Positions 19,125-28,506 of a DNA stretch of 54,586 nucleotides are shown here, in pieces. Made by a program: the position numbers and the translations under genes. The stretch is taken from positions 1 through 54,586 of IMG/VR virus record IMGVR_UViG_3300042519_001736. One strand, 5' to 3'. Under the pieces are notes generated by a model that had not been told where the DNA came from, made no database searches, and saw only the letters and a list, made by a program, of their open reading frames with translations. This DNA is from a virus (taxonomy: Duplodnaviria; Caudoviricetes). The first letter of the stretch is position 1; each line of letters begins with the position of its first letter.

Positions 19125-20596
19125 GACAGGTTTCCCGACACTATTGCACGTGAGGCGGAAATAAAGAAGACAGTGGCCAACCCCCGCGTCAAAATGCCAA
19201 AAGAACCAATGTCATCGTTCGTCCCTGCTTTGTAAACGTCCGTAACAGCAGAACAGGTGCAGGTGATGGTTGCACTCGTGTTGTTGACAATGCTGATGAC
19301 ATCTCCCGCTGCAAATACGGTACCTGGAACCACGACAGTGCCCCCTGTCTGCAGTTCAATAAATTTGCCCACATCCGATAGCACCAACGTGTAGCTAGAT
19401 GTTTTGTTGCTCCCAGATTGAGGGATATTTCGATAGCCTACGCTGGCCGTTCCGTCTACAGTGCAGTTGGTCAATGTCCCACTGGCAGGTGTGCCCAAAG
19501 CCGGTGTCACAAGAGTGGGACTGGTTGCAAAAACAGCCGCGCCACTGCCCGTCTCGTCTGTCAGCGCCCCGGCCAAATTAGCGGAGGTAAACGACCCCAA
19601 AGAAGTGGCATTCCCCGTTGACGTGACCGCCCCCGTGAGGTTGGCGTTGGTCGTCACGCTGCCTGCTGTCAGGCCTGCCGCCGTGCCGGTGATGTTAGTG
19701 CCCACAAGCGCCGAAGGCGTTCCAAGGGCGGGCGTAACGAGGGTAGGGCTGTTTGCAAAAACAGCCGCGCCACTGCCCGTCTCGTCCGTCAAAGCTCCGG
19801 CCAGGTTGGCAGAAGTGAACGATCCCAAAGAGGTGGTCGTTCCTACCGAAGTCACTGCGCCCGTAAGGTTGCCCACCCCAACGGCGCTAACAGTTTGATT
19901 TGGCCAAGTGCCTGTGATTGTGACGTTGGTCCCCTGCACCAAGGAAGGGGTGGCAGTGCCTGTCCCGCCGTTGGCAACTGGCAACAATCCCGTCACGCCC
20001 GTTGACAAGGGCAGGCCCGTGGCATTGGTCAGCGTTCCGCTGGAAGGGGTGCCTAAAGCCGGTGTAACCAGCGTCGGGCTGTTAGACAGCACGTTACTGC
20101 CCGTGCCTGTCGAAGTCGTAGCCCCTGTTCCGCCACTCGTAACAGGCAGTGCCGCACCAAGGGTCAAGGCACTGAAATGCGTGACAGCATCAATTACGTT
20201 CACCCCGTTCACATACAGGTGCATCTTTGCGCCATTGGGAATGGTGATGCCCGTCCCTGCGGACGTTTTTACGGTAATGCTTTGGCCGCCAGACGTGTTG
20301 TTGTGGACCAGATACTGCTTTTCGATCGTCGGGACGACCAGTTCGCGGGTCGCGGTCAAATTGCCCACAGATGTTGCATTGAGGACCAAGGCTCGCGCTG
20401 TCTGCAAAGCGGGCCCCAGCAGGTCCGTCAAATCAATAGTCAGGTTGGTGTCCGTCAAAAACACAGGGTTGCCCAGGCCAGTGATAGCCTGTTCAATGGC
20501 CGTGCCAATGTTGGTGTTGGTCGTGTCGCCCCAAGTGTTCGACTGCTCGCCGCTGCCGATCAGCTCAAACTTAAGGTCTGAAAAGGTACTTGCCAT
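19121..20596 (-). CDS. Tail fibre protein (long paralogue)
   Basis: MASTFSDLKFELIG N-terminus, LPVANGGTG and SPTLVTPALGTP fibre repeats. Confidence 0.8.
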   Translation of the reverse strand: MASTFSDLKFELIGSGEQSNTWGDTTNTNIGTAIEQAITGLGNPVFLTDTNLTIDLTDLLGPALQTARALVLNATSVGNLTATRELVVPTIEKQYLVHNNTSGGQSITVKTSAGTGITIPNGAKMHLYVNGVNVIDAVTHFSALTLGAALPVTSGGTGATTSTGTGSNVLSNSPTLVTPALGTPSSGTLTNATGLPLSTGVTGLLPVANGGTGTATPSLVQGTNVTITGTWPNQTVSAVGVGNLTGAVTSVGTTTSLGSFTSANLAGALTDETGSGAAVFANSPTLVTPALGTPSALVGTNITGTAAGLTAGSVTTNANLTGAVTSTGNATSLGSFTSANLAGALTDETGSGAAVFATSPTLVTPALGTPASGTLTNCTVDGTASVGYRNIPQSGSNKTSSYTLVLSDVGKFIELQTGGTVVVPGTVFAAGDVISIVNNTSATITCTCSAVTDVYKAGTNDDIGSFGILTRGLATVFFISASRAIVSGNLS

Positions 20597-20598
20597 GA

Positions 20599-20973
20599 TT
20601 AAACCCCTATTTGAGTGGTTATTTCGATCCAGGTGGTTGAATCCTCATCCCACCGGTACGACCTGTCGTCCCCAGGCAATGGTACAGGTGCAACCCACAA
20701 GCAGGTTTGCTCATCTAGTACCCAGCTCTGGTAAGGTTTTGGGGGAATAAAGGCATCACGAGATGCATCGTAGGTATAACCAATACCTGCAAAATTTTTA
20801 CGAAACTGGCGGCTATAACTGGCTTGAACCCAGGTGCCTCCCAGCAGGTTACGACAAAATTCTTGACCTATGGACTCCTGTTCAACTCCGTTTTCGTCCA
20901 ACAACTCGATGTTGTTCACAACAATAACTTGTTGCACGGTGTTGTCTAGCCCTATTTCTGCAAAATGTGCCAT
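20599..20973 (-). CDS. Tail fibre-associated protein
   Basis: MAHFAE...W.Q.SY...FRKNFAGIGYTYD...DAFIPPKPY.SW family, which typically follows Gly-rich genes. Confidence 0.75.
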   Translation of the reverse strand: MAHFAEIGLDNTVQQVIVVNNIELLDENGVEQESIGQEFCRNLLGGTWVQASYSRQFRKNFAGIGYTYDASRDAFIPPKPYQSWVLDEQTCLWVAPVPLPGDDRSYRWDEDSTTWIEITTQIGV

Positions 20974-20981
20974 GGCCTTCC

Positions 20982-21941
20982 TTAAAATGTTATTGAACCG
21001 GAGCCGGTAAATTTATAAATCCTGAATCCACCGACCACTGTAATTGTTGGACTGCCCGTTGTAGCGGTCGCGGCTCTAAATGCCGAAGAGTAGCTAATAA
21101 TCACAATACCCGAACCACCGGTGCCACCGCCCAATTGATTTACGCCGTTGGGGCCGGTGGTACCTGCACCTCCGCCGCCACCTCCTGTATTTACGGTGCC
21201 ACTAGCGCCAGCAGTAGGTGTCCCGCTCCTTGTCCCACCATCGCCACCGCCACCAGCTCCTCCTGGACCCCCTACAGCGTTCCAAGTCCCACCTCCTCCG
21301 CCCCCCGCATATGTCACGGCGGACCCGGAGATACTTGATGTAGTACCCGTCCCGCCGGCTCCCGCCAAAGCTTGGGAGGCGTTCCCTCCAACAGATGAGG
21401 CCCCTCCTCCTCCTCCGGCATTGTAATTGGGTCCACTAGAATCAGTGCCCCCGTTGTTCCCTTGGCCCACTATGCCTGAACCTGGCCCATAGCCTGGGAA
21501 TGCACCTCCCCCTCCGGAACCGCCATTTTGGCCGGCGAGTCCGGTATTGGTAAGGTTTCCTCCACGACCTCCCCCCGTAGAGGTTATACTACTAAAAACA
21601 GAATTACTCCCGTTTGCATAAGCATTATTAGTGCCGGCCGGCTGACCAATGCCTCCCCCGCCTACTGTTACTGTAATAGCCGTGCCGGCGGAGACCGCAA
21701 ACCCTGATGCAGTAAGTAATCCCCCAGCACCACCGCCACCACCCTCCCAGCCACCGCCACCGCCGCCCCCTGCCACAACAAGATATTCAACTGTTGAGGG
21801 CGCAGGGAGTACAACTAGCGGCCAATTATTCGCCTGTTCTAATTGAATTTGCTTGCTAATACCCCAGACCGCACTAGTGGCAGATGAAGTCGAGGCGGGT
21901 GGAGTGGCAGAAATCGAACCGCCTTTGTATCTTTTAACCAT
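20982..21941 (-). CDS. Glycine-rich tail adhesin-like protein, copy 2
   Basis: VEYLVVAGGGGGG, NTGGGGGG, GGSGIVII, FTGSGSITF. Confidence 0.8.
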   Translation of the reverse strand: MVKRYKGGSISATPPASTSSATSAVWGISKQIQLEQANNWPLVVLPAPSTVEYLVVAGGGGGGGWEGGGGGAGGLLTASGFAVSAGTAITVTVGGGGIGQPAGTNNAYANGSNSVFSSITSTGGGRGGNLTNTGLAGQNGGSGGGGAFPGYGPGSGIVGQGNNGGTDSSGPNYNAGGGGGASSVGGNASQALAGAGGTGTTSSISGSAVTYAGGGGGGTWNAVGGPGGAGGGGDGGTRSGTPTAGASGTVNTGGGGGGAGTTGPNGVNQLGGGTGGSGIVIISYSSAFRAATATTGSPTITVVGGFRIYKFTGSGSITF

Positions 21942-22014
21942 TAACTTATGACCTCATGAGTACAGAAGCAACAAACAAGGGGAAAGACGTGCTTGCCATG
22001 ATTAAACTCTTATT
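21942..22014 (-). pseudogene. Deletion scar made of three gene-junction remnants
   Basis: AAATAAGAGTTTAATCATGGCAAGCAC resembles the 20599/20596 junction. CATGAGGTCATAAGTTAATG resembles the TACGAGGACATAAGCTAATG junction at 22980. Confidence 0.65.
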
Positions 22015-22980
22015 TTAAAATGTTATTGAACCGGAGCCGGTAAATTTATAAACCCTGAATCCACCGACCACTGTAATTGTTGGACTGCCCGTTGTAGCGG
22101 TCGCGGCTCTAAATGCCGAAGAGTAGCTAATAATCACAATACCCGAACCACCTGCGCCACCGCCTTTGTGGTTAACTCCGGTATTGCCGGAGGTGCCCGC
22201 ACCCCCGCCACCACCTCCTGTATTCACAGTGCCACTAGTGCCCATACTATTTGTCCCGCCGGCCCCACCGCCGCCGGCCCCTCCTGCCCCTCCAACCGGG
22301 CTGCTGATGTTACCTGCACTACCCCCGCCGCCTCCAGCATACGTTACGGAACTCCCAGAAATACTTGATGCAGTGCCGGCTCCGCCGACCCCACAAACAG
22401 TGCCGGTTCCAATACCTCCAACGGCGGAGGCTCCACCGCCCCCTCCAGCGCCATAGTTAGGTGCAGTAGTGCCAATGCCCCCGTTGTTACCTTGGCCGAC
22501 TGTCCCTGTTCCACCGCCGGCGGAGGCTCCGGAGTTGTATGAACCCCCTCCTCCCGAACCTCCATTTTGACCCTTTAATCCGGCATTGGTAAAGTTTCCT
22601 CCACGACCTCCACCCGTAGAGGTTATACTACTAAAAACGGAATTACTTCCGTTTGTGTAAGCATTATCAGTGCCGGCCGGCTGACCAATGCCTCCGCCGC
22701 CCACAGTTACTGTAATAGCGGTGCCGGAGGAAACTGCAAACCCTGATGCAGTTCTAAATCCCCCAGCGCCACCACCCCCGCCCTGCCAACCACCACCACC
22801 ACCACCCCCTGCCACAACAAGATATTCAACTGTTGAGGGTGCAGGGAGTACAACCAGCGGCCAATTATTCGCCTGTTGTAATTGAATTTGATCGCTAGTA
22901 CCCCAAACCGCACTAGTGGCAGTTGAAGTCGAGGCGGGTGGAGTGGCAGAAATTAAACTGCCATCGTATCTCTTGACCAT
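22015..22980 (-). CDS. Glycine-rich tail adhesin-like protein, copy 1
   Basis: Start MVKRYDG at 22980. Close paralogue of 20982-21941. Confidence 0.8.
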   Translation of the reverse strand: MVKRYDGSLISATPPASTSTATSAVWGTSDQIQLQQANNWPLVVLPAPSTVEYLVVAGGGGGGGWQGGGGGAGGFRTASGFAVSSGTAITVTVGGGGIGQPAGTDNAYTNGSNSVFSSITSTGGGRGGNFTNAGLKGQNGGSGGGGSYNSGASAGGGTGTVGQGNNGGIGTTAPNYGAGGGGGASAVGGIGTGTVCGVGGAGTASSISGSSVTYAGGGGGSAGNISSPVGGAGGAGGGGAGGTNSMGTSGTVNTGGGGGGAGTSGNTGVNHKGGGAGGSGIVIISYSSAFRAATATTGSPTITVVGGFRVYKFTGSGSITF

Positions 22981-23351
22981 TAGCTTATGTCCTCGTAGCT
23001 GCAAGTCACGACTAAGGTTGTTGATGTTGATGCAGTTGCACCTAGACTTTGATTTTCTTCTAAGTAATACTGGCTTGTTTTATCAATAATGTTTAAAGTA
23101 GTGTTGGCAGGCACTGATATAGTACTTGCAATTGCAAAACTTGTTCCTGCTAAACTAGCGGCATTATTCCAGACCAGTGTTACGGAAACTGTATTAAGGG
23201 AAGTGTTGGCTACGTTAACAGTATTAATTTTCAAGCATTTTCCACTGCTGGCTGCATTGCTCAACACGGAAGTTGCAGAGGTTGTTGTTAGACTCACCGC
23301 TGTTGTCTTTCCGTAGATTGCCGTTGCTGCGATTAAATTTGGTGCTGCCAT
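22980..23351 (-). CDS. Tail fibre-associated structural protein
   Basis: MAAPNL...IYGKT...YLEE...CSYEDIS family. Confidence 0.7.
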   Translation of the reverse strand: MAAPNLIAATAIYGKTTAVSLTTTSATSVLSNAASSGKCLKINTVNVANTSLNTVSVTLVWNNAASLAGTSFAIASTISVPANTTLNIIDKTSQYYLEENQSLGATASTSTTLVVTCSYEDIS

Positions 23352-23352
23352 A

Positions 23353-23964
23353 TCAAACTCCGAAAATTGTTATTAATCCGTATACCGTCGCTGCCGATAC
23401 GCCGCCACCGCCACCGCCTGTTGAAGCAATAGTCTGATTTGGCCATGTGCCGGTAACCGTGACATTGGTGCCAGCGACAAGACTTGGTGTAGTGGTGCCC
23501 GTCCCGCCACTTGTAATAGGAAGCGCCGCAGCAAGGGTAAGGGCGCTGAAGCGCGAAACGGCGTCTACTACGTTCACCCCGTCCACGTACAGGTGCATCT
23601 TGCTTCCGTTAAGGACCGTGATGCCCGTCCCTGCGGTTGTTTTCACAACAATGCTTTGTCCGCCCGACGTGTTGTTTTGGACGATGTACTGTTTTTCAAT
23701 CGTTGGAACCACCAGGCTGCGGGTCGCGGAAAGACTTCCCGTAGACGTGGCGTTTAGGACCAAGGCCCTTGCCGTCTGCAGGGCAACCGTGTCCGTAAGG
23801 GAGATCGTCAGGTCTGCATCTGTTGTAAAAACAGGATTTCCAAGACCTGTGATTGCCTGTTCAATGGCCGTGCCGATATTGTCATTGGTAGTCTGGCCCC
23901 AGTTGCCTGCCTGATCCCCAGTGCCAATAAGCTCAAACTTAAGGTCTGAAAAGGTACTTGCCAT
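23353..23964 (-). CDS. Tail fibre protein (short paralogue)
   Basis: First ~155 aa closely match 19121-20596. Confidence 0.78.
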   Translation of the reverse strand: MASTFSDLKFELIGTGDQAGNWGQTTNDNIGTAIEQAITGLGNPVFTTDADLTISLTDTVALQTARALVLNATSTGSLSATRSLVVPTIEKQYIVQNNTSGGQSIVVKTTAGTGITVLNGSKMHLYVDGVNVVDAVSRFSALTLAAALPITSGGTGTTTPSLVAGTNVTVTGTWPNQTIASTGGGGGGVSAATVYGLITIFGV

Positions 23965-23973
23965 AATTATTCC

Positions 23974-25134
23974 TCATGTAGAAACTGCAGTCCATGTAAC
24001 GGTATTCTCGTCGCTAACGGGCTGCCATGCAATAGTGTTGCTGTCGTTAACAACTCCCCAAACAAGGACGTTTGAAATTCTCCCTATCGCCTGCACCCCG
24101 GTTACAAGCACCGTCACATCTACAAAAACAATGGCCCCTACGATGCCTGCTGCTTGCACCCCCGTAACAGAAACAGATGCCGTGCCCTGTGTTGTTACCT
24201 GGCCGACAGATGCCGTGCCCGCTACCCCTGCGACAGTTGCTACTGCTGCCGCATTTACCGCGACTTGGCCAACGGACGCCGTGCCCGTCACCCCTGTAAC
24301 AGAAACATCGACGACCTCTCCTACTGCTACTTGGCCGAGGAAAGTCACGCCTGTCACCCCTATGGGAGTTACAGATGCCGTGCCCTGCATTGTCACTTGG
24401 CCGGCGGAAGCAACCCCTTGCACTCCCGTAACAGCGACAGATACGGAGGTTGAAACGTCCACCACAACTTGGCCGACGGAAGCAACCCCCTGCACTCCCG
24501 TAACAGCAACGGATACGGAACTCGAGACATCCACTACAACTTGGCCGACGGAAGCAATCCCCTGCACTCCCGCAACAGCGACAGACGCAGTCCCCTCTAT
24601 CGTTACCTGGCCGACAGACGCGGCACTGCTTACCCCCGTGACAGGAACGGATACGGAACCCGAGACATCCACCACAACTTGGCCGACGGAAGCAATCCCC
24701 TGCACTCCCGTAACAGCGACAGACGCAGTCCCTTCTATCGTTACCGGGCTGACGAAAGCAGTCCCCTGCACTCCCGTAACAGCGACAGATACGGAGGTTG
24801 AAACGTCCACCACAACTTGGCCGACGGAAGCAATCCCTTGCACTCCCGTAACAGCAACGGATACCCCTTCCCCTACTGCTACCTGACCGACAAGCGCCGT
24901 GCCCGCTACCCCGGTAACAGATACGGATATGGAACTTGCGATGTCTACCGTTACTTGTCCAACGGAAGCGGTTCCCTCTACCCCGACGAGGTTGACAGTA
25001 ACGCCTTGCTCTGTCGTGGCTGTTCCTACCGCTCCAGTTGCGGCAATATCAAGCGCGCCCTCCCCCCAAGGCTGGTCTCCCCAGGCTACGCCAGACGCGT
25101 TCCATCCGTCAAAGGCAACAGCTGCATTGGACAT
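23974..25134 (-). CDS. Repetitive Val/Thr/Gly virion fibre or whisker protein
   Basis: Tandem 18-20 aa units VSVAVTGVQGIASVGQV, with WG motifs at both termini. Confidence 0.7.
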   Translation of the reverse strand: MSNAAVAFDGWNASGVAWGDQPWGEGALDIAATGAVGTATTEQGVTVNLVGVEGTASVGQVTVDIASSISVSVTGVAGTALVGQVAVGEGVSVAVTGVQGIASVGQVVVDVSTSVSVAVTGVQGTAFVSPVTIEGTASVAVTGVQGIASVGQVVVDVSGSVSVPVTGVSSAASVGQVTIEGTASVAVAGVQGIASVGQVVVDVSSSVSVAVTGVQGVASVGQVVVDVSTSVSVAVTGVQGVASAGQVTMQGTASVTPIGVTGVTFLGQVAVGEVVDVSVTGVTGTASVGQVAVNAAAVATVAGVAGTASVGQVTTQGTASVSVTGVQAAGIVGAIVFVDVTVLVTGVQAIGRISNVLVWGVVNDSNTIAWQPVSDENTVTWTAVST

Positions 25135-25143
25135 CTACAACTT

Positions 25144-25581
25144 TTATGCAATTCGGATAATTGCATTTGTAGCGTCAGCAGTTGGGAAGATGATGGTAAA
25201 AGTGCCGACGGTAGACGTCTTTGCACCACCAAAATCCAGCACGCAAACGGTTGGGTTGCCTGCCGCCGTGTCGTTGTAAATCAACGCGCCATAAGCGGTG
25301 ATAGTTGCGCTGGTAAATGACAGGTCAGCAAAGTCCGTAAATGCGGTGGTACCGCTGGACGTGGGCGTGACGTTGGTCAACGTGCCGCCGCCTGCTGCAT
25401 ACGTGCCAGAGTTCGGCACTTCGTTGGTGGCAGTGTAAGCAGTAGTCGCGGCCGTGAAAGACGCGCTGTTGTCGTACAGGGCCAGCTTAAACGTATTGCC
25501 GGTGCTGGCGGTGAAGTTGTGCACGGCTTGCATCAGCTCTGTTTTAAAGCTGGTGCACATGAAGTTGCCTGAAAATGCCAT
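25144..25581 (-). CDS. Virion structural protein
   Basis: MCTSFKTEL...FKLALY...GALIYN...VLDFG family. Confidence 0.75.
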   Translation of the reverse strand: MAFSGNFMCTSFKTELMQAVHNFTASTGNTFKLALYDNSASFTAATTAYTATNEVPNSGTYAAGGGTLTNVTPTSSGTTAFTDFADLSFTSATITAYGALIYNDTAAGNPTVCVLDFGGAKTSTVGTFTIIFPTADATNAIIRIA

Positions 25582-25583
25582 TT

Positions 25584-25871
25584 TTACTCTCCTAGTAAGT
25601 GAACCAAGTTGGGATGCCCGGCTTGGGTAAGCCTGGCTGCAATTGTCGCCCTGTCCTGCTCAATCGCCTCTTTCAAATAAAACGCCACCACTTGTTTGAC
25701 GTTTTCCTTAAATGCCCGAGCCTGCGCCTGCACTGCAGGATGCGACTGGTCTCCAATGTAGATAATTTTGTCAGCAGCACGGACGGCCAACTCTTCGGCT
25801 GTCCAGCCGCGTGCCTGCGTTGTCTCGACAAAAACGCTTCCCATAGAAGCTTGAACAAGGGGTGTGATCAT
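25584..25871 (-). CDS. Conserved hypothetical protein
   Basis: 95 aa, translationally coupled in the structural operon. Confidence 0.65.
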   Translation of the reverse strand: MITPLVQASMGSVFVETTQARGWTAEELAVRAADKIIYIGDQSHPAVQAQARAFKENVKQVVAFYLKEAIEQDRATIAARLTQAGHPNLVHLLGE

Positions 25872-26527
25872 GGTCCAGGTGACTCCGACTTAAGTGGAAT
25901 ACGAAGCATACCATCTCGATATTCATCACGACGGCGGCGACCCTGCTGCTCAGCGCCCAAGCCCTGTATGGCCTCTTTGTAGGCTGCACGGAAATACTGC
26001 ATCATGTCCGCAGGCCCCTTGGTGTAGCTGTAGGCCTGGATCAAACATGCGTACAACAATGCCTCTGGTGCATTGATGCTGACCCAAGTCGTCGGATTGG
26101 CGGACGACAGCTGCGCCGGGCGGTAGATGTAGCCCAGTTCCACGCTGTAGGCCTGATTTGGCGTAGGCGCAATGTAAAAAGTGTTCTGGTCCCACACTGA
26201 ATAGTACTTGGGCGTGCCCTGTGTAGTGCCATTCGCCCAGTACTCCTTCATGAAGGATGTGTCCCGAAAGTCCAAGAAAATCTGCTCGCCACTGGCCGGC
26301 GTCAGAATCATGTAACGATGCGTGAGCAGGTCCGAAGGGGCGCTTAGGAACCTGTTGCCCTGGGTCATGTTGCCGGTAACTTCCAGCTTGAACACGTCCA
26401 AGTCAATCTCGCGAAGAATCTGGTTCTCCGCCATGGTGATGAAGGTGTTGATCACCGGCTCAGTAAAGACGTTACTCCCTACCTCGGTGTAGTTACGGAT
26501 GTTGGTGACAAGTTCGTCGTAGGTCAT
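25868..26527 (-). CDS. Head-tail adaptor / tail tubular protein A-like
   Basis: MTYDELVTNIRNYTE, GTPKYY, APTPN, LLYACL. Confidence 0.75.
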   Translation of the reverse strand: MTYDELVTNIRNYTEVGSNVFTEPVINTFITMAENQILREIDLDVFKLEVTGNMTQGNRFLSAPSDLLTHRYMILTPASGEQIFLDFRDTSFMKEYWANGTTQGTPKYYSVWDQNTFYIAPTPNQAYSVELGYIYRPAQLSSANPTTWVSINAPEALLYACLIQAYSYTKGPADMMQYFRAAYKEAIQGLGAEQQGRRRRDEYRDGMLRIPLKSESPGP

Positions 26528-26874
26528 GAAATGCTCACAGTCACTGATCCAACAACACCTTGCGCGATGAGCGCTTGGTCCTGTACGTACGGCTGCATGT
26601 TAGTGCCACCGCGCACACTGCCATAGCTTTGAAAAGCGGTAAAGCCTGGTGCGCCAACAAAGACGGACACAGGCTCGATGCGGTCGGGACGCGGATCGCG
26701 CAACGCAATGGCATCGCCTTTGTAGCGTAAGGGCTCAAGCTGCGGCTCTTTTGGCTCGTAGTCATCTGGGCACACCATAAAGCCACGCCAATTCTTGCGC
26801 AGGGTGTTGTACCGGTAGCGCTGGCCACAGTAGTCGCACAGCCCATAGGAGTGCATGCCTGACGCAAAAGCCAT
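26524..26874 (-). CDS. Conserved Cys-motif protein
   Basis: Start MAFASG at 26874. CDYCG...VCPDDYEPKEPQL...LRDPRPD. Confidence 0.7.
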   Translation of the reverse strand: MAFASGMHSYGLCDYCGQRYRYNTLRKNWRGFMVCPDDYEPKEPQLEPLRYKGDAIALRDPRPDRIEPVSVFVGAPGFTAFQSYGSVRGGTNMQPYVQDQALIAQGVVGSVTVSIS

Positions 26875-26875
26875 G

Positions 26876-27541
26876 TCACACCCCCATGTCCGGTACGAAC
26901 TGCACGCTTGCAGTATCGCGATCCTCCAGAGCGGCGCGCTGGAAATCTTCCTCATAAATCGCCTTGAGCGCCGCAGCGCGATCAGCAGCAAACTTCAGAG
27001 AAAGATAGTACGCCAAGCCGGACGCCAAACAAGGTAAGAAGCGAAAATTCACGTCCGCCGTGTTGACATAGCTTCCTGCGTCTTGGATACGGCGAATGCG
27101 GTAATACACAAACGTGTACCCAGCAGCCGGGGCAGGGTAAAAGTACACCTTGGGGATGGTGGTGCGCTCGACATAAAACTGCGCAGGGCGAGCCTGCGTT
27201 GTTTTGTCAGGCACGTTGAGCCAGTCCTCACGACTGATGCGCTCAATGTACACATCCGTGTTGGTGCCTTGGTTGTTTTGACGAATGACCGCCTCAAGCA
27301 CATTGACAACCGACTCGTCCAAGGCAATCTCGTTGACGCCAGCGGTCAACGGGAAAGTGGCCTGCTCAATTGTCCACAGGTTCAGCCCGCGATTGGCCCA
27401 GTCAAGGAAAAGCAAGTTGAGCGATCGGCGGGCCGAGGTGAGTTGAAACCCACTGGTTGGCCGCATGCCACAGCGCTCAAATGCTTCCTCAACCAGGTCG
27501 TCAATCGACAGGTTGAATGTGGTGGTGCCTGATGTGGCCAT
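26876..27541 (-). CDS. Head-tail adaptor / tail tubular protein
   Basis: MATSGTTTFNL...EEAFERCG...WANRGLNLWT...RFLPCLASGLAYY. Confidence 0.75.
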   Translation of the reverse strand: MATSGTTTFNLSIDDLVEEAFERCGMRPTSGFQLTSARRSLNLLFLDWANRGLNLWTIEQATFPLTAGVNEIALDESVVNVLEAVIRQNNQGTNTDVYIERISREDWLNVPDKTTQARPAQFYVERTTIPKVYFYPAPAAGYTFVYYRIRRIQDAGSYVNTADVNFRFLPCLASGLAYYLSLKFAADRAAALKAIYEEDFQRAALEDRDTASVQFVPDMGV

Positions 27542-27787
27542 TTAGCAGGCTGCTCCGCCTTTTTTGTAGCCCTTGGCCATCATGCCCCCGCCCATTTTGC
27601 CAATGGGCTTGCCCATGGCCATGCGCTTGTGCTCATTCATGCCGCCTTTGTTGGCCATGCCGCCCTTTTTCATGCGAACAGGACCAGTGGTCTTGCTTGT
27701 TTCGGACATTACCTTGTTTGCAGGGCCGCTTTCAACAGCACCGCCGCCACGAGTGGCGCAACCCATTCCTTTACCAGCCATGATCAT
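27542..27787 (-). CDS. Small basic Met/Lys/Gly-rich protein
   Basis: MKKGG, NKGG and YKKGG motifs. Confidence 0.7.
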   Translation of the reverse strand: MIMAGKGMGCATRGGGAVESGPANKVMSETSKTTGPVRMKKGGMANKGGMNEHKRMAMGKPIGKMGGGMMAKGYKKGGAAC

Positions 27788-28002
27788 GCTCCTTTTTTCA
27801 TTGCACGGCCCTTGACGTCGGCCGTTTTACGTTTGACAGCACGACCCATCTTGTCGCCCATGTCAGAGTCTTTCATCATCTTGCCGTCAGGCATCTTGTG
27901 CATGCCTACCGCGCCGCCTTTTTTCATTTTGCCAACGCCATCGGCCGCAAAAGCAGGCACTGATTTGCCGCCTTTTTTGACCATTTTCATCGGTGCTTTC
28001 AT
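27784..28002 (-). CDS. Small basic Met/Lys-rich protein
   Basis: VPAFAADGVGKMKKGG, HKMPDG. ATGA coupling. Confidence 0.7.
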   Translation of the reverse strand: MKAPMKMVKKGGKSVPAFAADGVGKMKKGGAVGMHKMPDGKMMKDSDMGDKMGRAVKRKTADVKGRAMKKGA

Positions 28003-28250
28003 GTCATCCGTCCTTTTTGCATGTCATCGAGCTTTTGCTCGATTCGGTTAAACCGTTGATCCATGTGGACAACAAGTTTCTCAACTCGATCGTCCACTTC
28101 CCTGCGCGTGATGTGGTCCCTGGCAACCTCTTCGCGTGTGCGGTTAAGCAAAATTCCGAGCCTGGACAGCTCGTCGAACTTGCCTTTAAGCAAAAACCCC
28201 ATGAGGCCCACTACCGCTGTCAAAACGATGTTCCATACCATCATCTCCAT
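27999..28250 (-). CDS. Small membrane protein (TM helix plus coiled coil)
   Basis: N-terminal TM helix, LLNRTREE, RIEQKLD. Confidence 0.7.
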   Translation of the reverse strand: MEMMVWNIVLTAVVGLMGFLLKGKFDELSRLGILLNRTREEVARDHITRREVDDRVEKLVVHMDQRFNRIEQKLDDMQKGRMT

Positions 28251-28251
28251 G

Positions 28252-28506
28252 TCAGCACTTCCATCGCGCCAGGGCGGCGGCCTTACGAGTCGGTTTACCC
28301 TTCTCGTCTTTCATCGGTCCCGGCATGCCGCTCATGCGCGCGCAGAACGAGTCCTTGCGCTTACCGCCCTCAGGCTGCGGGGCTTTCAAATTGCTGCCCG
28401 TTGCCGCGTTGTACTTTGCACGGCCTTTGGCAGTCAAGCCCGCCCCCTTGGAGACGGGCAATTTCTCGCCGCGACCGACCGAAAGGGAGGGGGTCTTTTT
28501 AGCCAT
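28252..28506 (-). CDS. Small basic conserved phage protein
   Basis: GLTAKGR...NLKAP...SFCARM...ALARWKC. Confidence 0.75.
   Translation of the reverse strand: MAKKTPSLSVGRGEKLPVSKGAGLTAKGRAKYNAATGSNLKAPQPEGGKRKDSFCARMSGMPGPMKDEKGKPTRKAAALARWKC

Noticed and set aside
20982-22980. Diversity-generating retroelement TR/VR pair
   Set aside because: Differences include indels and are not adenine-specific, both copies are full genes, and no reverse transcriptase is visible in the window.
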